Virus record (IMG/VR): IMGVR_UViG_3300023174_000036 | Location: 62,001 to 126,000 of that record | Strand: one strand, 5' to 3' | Length of the DNA: 64,000 bases | Shown: positions 57,495 to 64,000 of the stretch, piece after piece | Layout: every line of letters starts with the position of its first letter | Numbering within the stretch: the first letter of the stretch is position 1 | The notes under the pieces: model-generated | Seen by the model: only the letters and a program-made list of their open reading frames with translations | Told to the model about the DNA's origin: nothing | The model's database searches: none | Program-made: the position numbers and the translations under genes

Positions 57495-59618
57495 ATGAGT
57501 TATCAAGTTACATTCACCGAAACAACTAATCCTGCAAAACCTGCGCTAACTGTAGCAGATCAAACTTTAAATTCACAAACAAGTTTAACTTTTGTAGGAA
57601 AAAATTATGCGGGTTATGCTCCAGTTGTTGCAAACAACTTTTTGCATTTATTAGAAAATTTTGCAAATAACACAGCCCCGGCAAATCCAGTTGAAGGGCA
57701 ATTATGGTATGATAATACCAGCGGTGTAAGTTTGTTAAAAGTGTTTGACGGAACAATTTGGACATCGGCGGGTTCTGTAAAAAAAGCAGGTGCGGCTCCT
57801 TTAGCCGCTAACAGCAATCCGGGAGACTTGTGGGTCAACACTACCACAGCACAGTTATATGTGTTCTCTGGTAGCAATTGGCTGTTGGTTGGTCCGCAGT
57901 TCAGTTCTGGCAGTTTAACAGGCACGGTAGTTGACACAATTGTTGACACATCCAACGTAACTCACAGTGTGATATCTTTATACGCCAACAACTATCAGTT
58001 GGCAATCATCAGCAAAGAAACATTTACTCCAAAATCAACAATTGTTGGATTTACAACTATTAATCAAGGTTTTAATCTTAGCTCAACTGATTCAACTAAC
58101 ACCACAAGTTTATCAAGAATATGGGGAACTGCCAGTAACTCTGATGCATTATTAGTTTCAGGCGTTTCAATACCTTCTGCAAATTTTTTAAGGTCTGATA
58201 CATCTAGTACTAGTAACTTTCCTTTAACAATCCGAGCTGACGGCGGCTTGACTATTGGTAGCAATTCCAGCTTTAATATTGGACGAGATGGCACCAGCAC
58301 AGTTTTATATTCAAAGTCTAGTGGAGATAGTGTTGATTTTAGATTAAACAACAACAGCATACCAGTCACAGTGTTACATATTGATGCTTTAGCTAGAGTA
58401 GGTATTGGATCAAACAACACTGCACCCACTGCTACATTGGATGTTGCTGGAACATTTACATCTAGCGGTGACTTATCAGTAACCAGCACCACTAATGCAA
58501 CATCGTTAACTACTGGAAGCATTAAAACAACAGGCGGACTTGCAGTCAGCAAAAATATCAGAGTTGGTAAAGATGTAACTATCAACGGCCAACTATATTT
58601 GAATACATTAGACCCTGCTACGGGATTAGAATCTCCAGGTTCTGTAATATTACCATCCACAACTGGAATATTTGATATTGGTTCCAGTACTGCATCTTTT
58701 AGAAATATATATGCTGATTCTTTTGTGGGAAATTTTTCCGGAACATTCACTGGAACATTACAGGGCAGTATTAGTGGATCAGCCGCAAGACTAGCCAGTC
58801 CAACAGTTTTTAGTATGCAAGGCGATGTCAGTAGTGATAATATCAGCTTTACAGGACAAAGCTCATTAGGAACTGCAACATTTACAACAACAATTAGTCA
58901 AAACTTTATTAGTAACAAACCAGCGGCAACTGATTCATTATTATCTGATCAAATTTTAGTTTATCGTAGCGGCAGTAGTAACTTGCTACGAATGACCAAA
59001 GAAACGTTGTTGAGCCATGTGGCAACAGTTCCTATTGGTGTAATAATGCCATATGCAGGAACAACAGTACCTGACGGTTATTTGTTATGCGATGGTAGTG
59101 AAGTTAAAACAGCTGATTATCCTGCGTTGTACGGAGTTATAGGATACACATACAAATCAGCAACATTATTACAAGGCGCCGCAACATTTGCATTACCTGA
59201 TTTGAGAGGTCGATTCCCGTTAGGTAGAGACAGCATGGACAACGGCCAGCGTATTCCGTCAAAAGACGATGCCAGTATTTTGATTGATGCTGGCGGCGGT
59301 TCAGCTAATAGAGTCACTGACGTCACAGCTGACATAGTTGGTACAGGGTCCGGCTCGCAAACAGTTACGTTGTCAATTAATAATTTACCAGACCATAAAC
59401 ATAATCTCAGCAGTACATCTGCTCAGTATTATGCGGCAGGATTGCCCAGCGGTGTTAGTGACACGGCAGCAGTTCCAGGATTAGGTCTTCCAAATTCAAG
59501 TACTGGTTCTGGATTACCAAATAGTGGCGGAATCATTTCAAGTACACTAGGATCAGCAGTTACAATAATGAATCCGTATACAACTATAAATTATATAATT
59601 TTTACTGGTGTCCTATAA
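57495..59618 (+). CDS. Tail fibre protein with phage tail collar domain
   Basis: VPIGVIMPYAG...PDGYLLCDG...YPALY.VIG..Y...F.LPDLRGRFPLG collar motif, LP.H.H, and a C-terminal NYII. Confidence 0.85.
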   Translation: MSYQVTFTETTNPAKPALTVADQTLNSQTSLTFVGKNYAGYAPVVANNFLHLLENFANNTAPANPVEGQLWYDNTSGVSLLKVFDGTIWTSAGSVKKAGAAPLAANSNPGDLWVNTTTAQLYVFSGSNWLLVGPQFSSGSLTGTVVDTIVDTSNVTHSVISLYANNYQLAIISKETFTPKSTIVGFTTINQGFNLSSTDSTNTTSLSRIWGTASNSDALLVSGVSIPSANFLRSDTSSTSNFPLTIRADGGLTIGSNSSFNIGRDGTSTVLYSKSSGDSVDFRLNNNSIPVTVLHIDALARVGIGSNNTAPTATLDVAGTFTSSGDLSVTSTTNATSLTTGSIKTTGGLAVSKNIRVGKDVTINGQLYLNTLDPATGLESPGSVILPSTTGIFDIGSSTASFRNIYADSFVGNFSGTFTGTLQGSISGSAARLASPTVFSMQGDVSSDNISFTGQSSLGTATFTTTISQNFISNKPAATDSLLSDQILVYRSGSSNLLRMTKETLLSHVATVPIGVIMPYAGTTVPDGYLLCDGSEVKTADYPALYGVIGYTYKSATLLQGAATFALPDLRGRFPLGRDSMDNGQRIPSKDDASILIDAGGGSANRVTDVTADIVGTGSGSQTVTLSINNLPDHKHNLSSTSAQYYAAGLPSGVSDTAAVPGLGLPNSSTGSGLPNSGGIISSTLGSAVTIMNPYTTINYIIFTGVL

Positions 59619-61300
59619 TGAGCTATACAATTACAAAAACAGATGGTACAACAATAACACAAATTGTTGACGGAAGTTTAGATCAAACTTCAACAGACCT
59701 TACTCTTATTGGAAAAAATCTTGCAGGCTACGGTATTTTTATCAATGAAAACTTAGTTAAATTATTAGAAAATTTTGCAAGTACTTCACAGCCTTCCTAT
59801 CCGTTAACTGGACAATTATGGTTTGATACTACTGAAAATAGATTAAAAGTGTACGACGGCAACAATTTTAAAGTCAGCGGCGGCACTATTATTTCTAAAA
59901 CTCCTCCAAGTTCAATCTCAGCAGGAGATATCTGGATTGACAGTACTAGACAACAGCTATATTTTAATGACGGATTATCAACAAAACTTGCAGGACCAAT
60001 TTACACATCGGCTCAGGGAATTACCGGATTCAATGCTGAAGACATACTTGATACTGTTGGTGTTTCCCATACTATTTTAAAATTATATGTAGCACAATCT
60101 TTGTTAGGAATTTTCAGTAAAGACTCGTTCACGCCAGGCTCAGCAATTGCTGGGTTCTCGGGAAGTATTGCATCTGGATTTAATGTCAGTACATTATCTG
60201 GAGTAAAATTTGCAGTGCCAACATCTCAAGCAGACTCGTTGTTAGCCGCAGATGGTACTCCAAGAACTGCTGCCAATTTTTTATCTACACTAGACGACTC
60301 TGCCACAACTGGTACAATATCTATACAAAATGCAGTTCCGTTAGTGTTAGGAGAAGGTGCAAGTACTGAAATTAATGCTACTACATCTATATTTCAATTT
60401 AAATCAAATACTAGCAATCAAAACTTTGGTGTTAATTTATTAAGTGGCAGCGGTTTAACAACTGCATTTTTTATTAATGCCACAAGTCAGCGCATGGGAG
60501 TATATACTGAACTTCCAACAGCAACTTTAGATGTTAACGGAGATGCACGTATTCGAGGAAGTTTAACAGTGGAAGGTAATTTAACTTCAGTTAATACAAC
60601 CAATGTTGAAATAGCCGACAAATTAATCGAGCTTGCAAAAGTAGCTTCTCCTTCAAATTCTACAGCCAATGGCGGCGGACTCTCAGTCGAAGGCGGCACC
60701 GACGGTGATAAAACTCTTACTTGGAACAGCACTGGATCAACTTGGTCGTCTTCTGAAAATTTCAATCTAGCAACTAACAAAGTATATAGAATTGCAGGTT
60801 TTGATGTATTGAGTCAAACTAGTTTAGGCACAACTGTTGCAAGTGCGCCAGGTTTGACCAGTGTTGGAATATTAACTAGCTTGCAAGTTAGCAATTTAAA
60901 TTTTAGCAACACTACGATAGCTAGCACAACAGCTAATGCTAATATTGTGCTAAGTCCCAACGGATCTGGAACGGTAAGTGTGAATAATGCTAATATTTCA
61001 AATTTAGCCACTCCTACTGCACCGGGGCATGGTGCCAATAAATCATATGTAGATTACACAGTACGAATAGCTTCACTAGGATTAAGCGCAGATACTACTG
61101 GTTTAACTCCTGCACAAATTGCTACAGTAATTCTTGCAAAAATATTCCCGCCCACTGAGCACGAATCTGGTACAAAATTGCGTTTAATCTGTACAGATAA
61201 ACCAGAAGCTGGAACTGATCTTAATAGTCGATACAAACAATTTAACTTAACACCAACCGTTGGCGATACAAAAGAATGGCAATACGGTGGCCCGCTATAA
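59618..61300 (+). CDS. Tail-fibre-like protein (560 aa), N-terminal paralog of its neighbours
   Basis: Shared N-terminus L..IGKN.AGYG...NEN.V.LLENFA....P..P..GQ.W.D. Confidence 0.75.
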   Translation: MSYTITKTDGTTITQIVDGSLDQTSTDLTLIGKNLAGYGIFINENLVKLLENFASTSQPSYPLTGQLWFDTTENRLKVYDGNNFKVSGGTIISKTPPSSISAGDIWIDSTRQQLYFNDGLSTKLAGPIYTSAQGITGFNAEDILDTVGVSHTILKLYVAQSLLGIFSKDSFTPGSAIAGFSGSIASGFNVSTLSGVKFAVPTSQADSLLAADGTPRTAANFLSTLDDSATTGTISIQNAVPLVLGEGASTEINATTSIFQFKSNTSNQNFGVNLLSGSGLTTAFFINATSQRMGVYTELPTATLDVNGDARIRGSLTVEGNLTSVNTTNVEIADKLIELAKVASPSNSTANGGGLSVEGGTDGDKTLTWNSTGSTWSSSENFNLATNKVYRIAGFDVLSQTSLGTTVASAPGLTSVGILTSLQVSNLNFSNTTIASTTANANIVLSPNGSGTVSVNNANISNLATPTAPGHGANKSYVDYTVRIASLGLSADTTGLTPAQIATVILAKIFPPTEHESGTKLRLICTDKPEAGTDLNSRYKQFNLTPTVGDTKEWQYGGPL

Positions 61301-61311
61301 CAGCAAATTAG

Positions 61312-61319
61312 CATAAATA
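61312..61319 (+). promoter_or_regulatory. Late promoter core (CATAAATA)
   Basis: Upstream of the ATG at 61342. Confidence 0.55.
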
Positions 61320-61341
61320 CTGAAATAAGGAAAAGAGCGCA

Positions 61342-62817
61342 ATGGCATACACTATAAACAGATATAATGGAGCACAAATTACAGTAGTTGCTGACGGCAC
61401 TATTGATACTACGCTCGATGTTAAATTAATTGGTAAAAATTACGCAGGTTATGGTGAAATACAAAATGAAAATCTTGTATTTTTACTTGAAAATTTTGCT
61501 AGCCCCACACAACCTCCACGCCCACTTTCGGGACAAGTATGGTTTGATAGTTCTAACAACAAGTTAAAATTTTACGACGGCACAAAATTTAAAACAACTG
61601 GCGGTGCTGAAGTTTCTACCACACCTCCAACTGGATTATCAGAAGGTGATTTTTGGTGGGACAAATCAAACACCCAACTACATGCATGGACTGGATCTAG
61701 ATTTGAATTGATTGGTCCGCAAGGCGTTGCTGGATCAGCAACAACACAGATGCGCTCAGTTAGTTTAACAGATACCAACGGTGCTCCTCATGCAGTTATA
61801 CAAGGTATTTCCAACGGACAAACTATTTTCACTATTAGTTCTGATGCAGATTTCACACTAAACGCCGCTGTTAATGCAATTACTGGTTTTACAAAAATTC
61901 GTCAAGGTGTTACCTTATGCTACACTAACTCAGAAGGTTCACAACTTGGTCAAACCACCAGCGGACACAGATTCTTTGGAACAGCAACAAACTCGGAAAG
62001 ATTGGGCGGATACGAAATTAGTGAATTTGTAAGAGCTGGCGCAACTAGTTTTACTTCTTCAATCAATTTTGCTGATGTAGGATACACAGTTGGTAATCCA
62101 GTTGTCAAATTACGTGTATTCAATGACAGCGCCACTACTCCAACAATTTATAACCAGCAAGGTGACACTATTGTTTTTAAAACAACTGTTGCAAGTGCCG
62201 AAAAGACTCCAATGAAACTGGTAGGTACTGATATTGTACCTGGTATAACTCTTACTTCCAACTTAGGATCTCCTACATTAAAGTTCAAAGACGTGTATGC
62301 AAACTACATATACGCCACAATTGAACAAGCAGATAAATTAACTGTTAATGGTGTTTACAGATCTGCAAGTACTGACCCTGGCATTAACACTATTGCCGCT
62401 AGAGATGGAATAGGAACTCTTTCAGCAATTTTATTCTCAGGAGTAGCAACACAAGCTAATTATGCTGACTTGGCAGAAAAATATCTTGCTGATGCTGAAT
62501 ATGAAGTTGGTACAGTTTTAATGATTGGCGGTGAAAAAGAAGTTACTGCTTGTACCATTGGTAGTCGAGCAATTGGCCCAGTGTCTGCAAATCCTGCCTA
62601 TTTGATGAATAAAGATTTAGAAAACGGAACAGTCATTGCATTAAAAGGAAGAGTTCCAGTGAAAGTTACTGGGCCTATTGTTAAAGGTCAGCATTTGGTT
62701 GCTGGTTTAAACGGAACAGCACAGTCCGCTGGTGCTGGAAATCCAGACACGTTTGCTATAGCATTAGAAAGTAACATTGATCCTTTAGTTAAATTAGTTG
62801 AATGCATAATATTATAA
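61342..62817 (+). CDS. Tail-fibre-like protein (491 aa) with a C-terminal ADLAE putative auto-chaperone domain
   Basis: Same N-terminal anchor; C-terminal YADLAEKY...GTVL.IGG..EVT...VS.NPAYLMN...IAL.GRVPVKV.G...KG..LV. Confidence 0.75.
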   Translation: MAYTINRYNGAQITVVADGTIDTTLDVKLIGKNYAGYGEIQNENLVFLLENFASPTQPPRPLSGQVWFDSSNNKLKFYDGTKFKTTGGAEVSTTPPTGLSEGDFWWDKSNTQLHAWTGSRFELIGPQGVAGSATTQMRSVSLTDTNGAPHAVIQGISNGQTIFTISSDADFTLNAAVNAITGFTKIRQGVTLCYTNSEGSQLGQTTSGHRFFGTATNSERLGGYEISEFVRAGATSFTSSINFADVGYTVGNPVVKLRVFNDSATTPTIYNQQGDTIVFKTTVASAEKTPMKLVGTDIVPGITLTSNLGSPTLKFKDVYANYIYATIEQADKLTVNGVYRSASTDPGINTIAARDGIGTLSAILFSGVATQANYADLAEKYLADAEYEVGTVLMIGGEKEVTACTIGSRAIGPVSANPAYLMNKDLENGTVIALKGRVPVKVTGPIVKGQHLVAGLNGTAQSAGAGNPDTFAIALESNIDPLVKLVECIIL

Positions 62818-62827
62818 AGGAATCACT

Positions 62828-63709
62828 ATGGCCGGCGCAAACACTGCTGTTTTAGCAACTGATTACAATACTATACAATCTAAAGTCAATAATATATTGG
62901 GTACTGGCTCAGGTGACTACGGCTACGGGCAACCAGTTACTAGTAGCCAAGTTGCTAGAACAAACAGGATTACAGTGGCTCAATGGAACGCTTTAAGAAA
63001 TGATTTATTAAAAGCACGTAGACATCAAACTGCAACAGATGAAAGCGGACTTTTATCTATTGCATCGACTACGACTCGTATAAGAGAATCTGACAGATTG
63101 GCTTATAACACATTTTCTGATACTATCACCACAAACAGATTGGTAACACCTCCTAGTGATCAAGCGTCGCTGACAAATTTACAAACCGTAACCAGAACCT
63201 CCCCATGGGCAACTACTATTAGTCATCAGGTAACTGTAACTTTTGCATCAGCAGATGAAAGTAGATATTTTTTTAATAGCGGCAGTTCTATCAAATTTAG
63301 TTCTTCAATGACTGGATATTCCGCTGGTCTTAGTTTATTGGTCAATCAATCATGGGCCACCTTGCTAGCAAACATGGGAATTATTAGTTTTAATGCGTAC
63401 TCAACTACCAAAACCGGAACAGGAACTGCTCAAACAATTGGTTTTTATAATTTAACCACTACAAATCAATTGGTTTTCACTAAACTAGTTGAAGCAGGTA
63501 ACCAGTATACTCCTAATCGTTATGAGCTGTACGTAAGAAAATCTGGAAACAGCATCATTTTTACGCCAACTTGGAGTTATGTAGAAGATGGAAATTATGG
63601 AAATTTTGAACCAGCGGATGGCACATTGACCAGTCTGATTCAGGCATACACTGCTAGCGGAGCCAACGTTTCAGTAACACCTCCAACAAGTTCCACAACT
63701 AATTTATAA
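62828..63709 (+). CDS. Virion structural protein (293 aa)
   Basis: DYN.IQ......LG.GSGD.GYGQ N-terminus shared with the next ORF; RYFFNSG motif. Confidence 0.75.
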   Translation: MAGANTAVLATDYNTIQSKVNNILGTGSGDYGYGQPVTSSQVARTNRITVAQWNALRNDLLKARRHQTATDESGLLSIASTTTRIRESDRLAYNTFSDTITTNRLVTPPSDQASLTNLQTVTRTSPWATTISHQVTVTFASADESRYFFNSGSSIKFSSSMTGYSAGLSLLVNQSWATLLANMGIISFNAYSTTKTGTGTAQTIGFYNLTTTNQLVFTKLVEAGNQYTPNRYELYVRKSGNSIIFTPTWSYVEDGNYGNFEPADGTLTSLIQAYTASGANVSVTPPTSSTTNL

Positions 63710-63751
63710 AAATGTGTAAGTTAAGGTATTTTTTGATACCAATACTTTGAT

Positions 63752-63759
63752 AATAAATA
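63752..63759 (+). promoter_or_regulatory. Late promoter core (AATAAATA)
   Basis: Upstream of an AGGGG SD and the ATG at 63781. Confidence 0.55.
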
Positions 63760-63780
63760 CACATATAATAGGGGACAGTA

Positions 63781-64000
63781 ATGGCAGCAGGCGTCGGATC
63801 TAAAGTAGAATATTTAGATTACAATCAAATACAAACTATATTAAACAATGTTCTTGGCTCGGGGTCAGGAGACTCGGGCTACGGACAAACAGTTAGTAGT
63901 AGTCAAGTTGCCCAAAATTCGCTAGTCACAGTTTCCCAATGGAATTCGTTAAGAAACGATCTTCTCAAAGCTAGACAGCATCAAAGCGGTGTGGATGAAT
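63781..64000 (+). CDS. Virion structural protein, partial (runs off the window end); paralog of 62828..63709
   Basis: MAAGVGSKVEYLDYNQIQTILNNVLGSGSGDSGYGQTVSSSQVAQNSLVTVSQWNSLRNDLLKARQHQ aligns by eye with the previous ORF's N-terminus. Confidence 0.8.
   Translation, partial: MAAGVGSKVEYLDYNQIQTILNNVLGSGSGDSGYGQTVSSSQVAQNSLVTVSQWNSLRNDLLKARQHQSGVDE

Noticed and set aside
58064-58750. 228-aa antisense ORF inside the collar fibre gene
   Set aside because: No SD or promoter, and its composition mirrors the sense-strand codon bias; long antisense frames occur throughout these T/S/G-rich genes.
1-64000. Stop-codon reassignment (alternative genetic code)
   Set aside because: Genes up to 4822 aa are intact under the standard code and coding density is high; conserved proteins are not fragmented by TAG or TGA.

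Overview
This 64 kb window comes from a large T4-like (myovirus-type) bacteriophage genome and uses the standard genetic code. The left half (1-33094, mostly minus strand) carries paralogous fibre/appendage genes, the head module (major capsid gp23, scaffold gp22, protease gp21, an acidic core protein, portal gp20), a tape-measure-like gene, a gp26-like gene on the plus strand, a minimal GIY-YIG nuclease, gp46/gp47 (Rad50/Mre11-like) and the late sigma factor gp55. The right half (33176-64000, plus strand) is the baseplate/fibre module: gp48/54-like, gp53-like, hub, gp5, gp25, gp6, a 4822-aa giant virion protein, and collar/fibre paralogs. T4-type late promoter cores (TAAATA) precede most structural units. 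The main unexplained signals are: (i) a ~400-nt non-coding, hairpin-rich element directly downstream of the GIY-YIG gene, followed by GNA-triloop DNA hairpins and a purine/pyrimidine tract (candidate large ncRNA and/or RNA-primed origin); (ii) a well-positioned -1 frameshift site (T_TTT_TTC) that would fuse the gp26-like ORF to a reading frame opening exactly at the slip site, reminiscent of lambda G/GT tail chaperones; (iii) two multi-hairpin 5' leaders; (iv) a sigma70 promoter for gp55 overlapping a divergent late promoter; and (v) a 119-bp perfectly identical block shared by two otherwise diverged fibre paralogs. All family assignments rest on recognising motifs and gene order by eye; no database searches were run.
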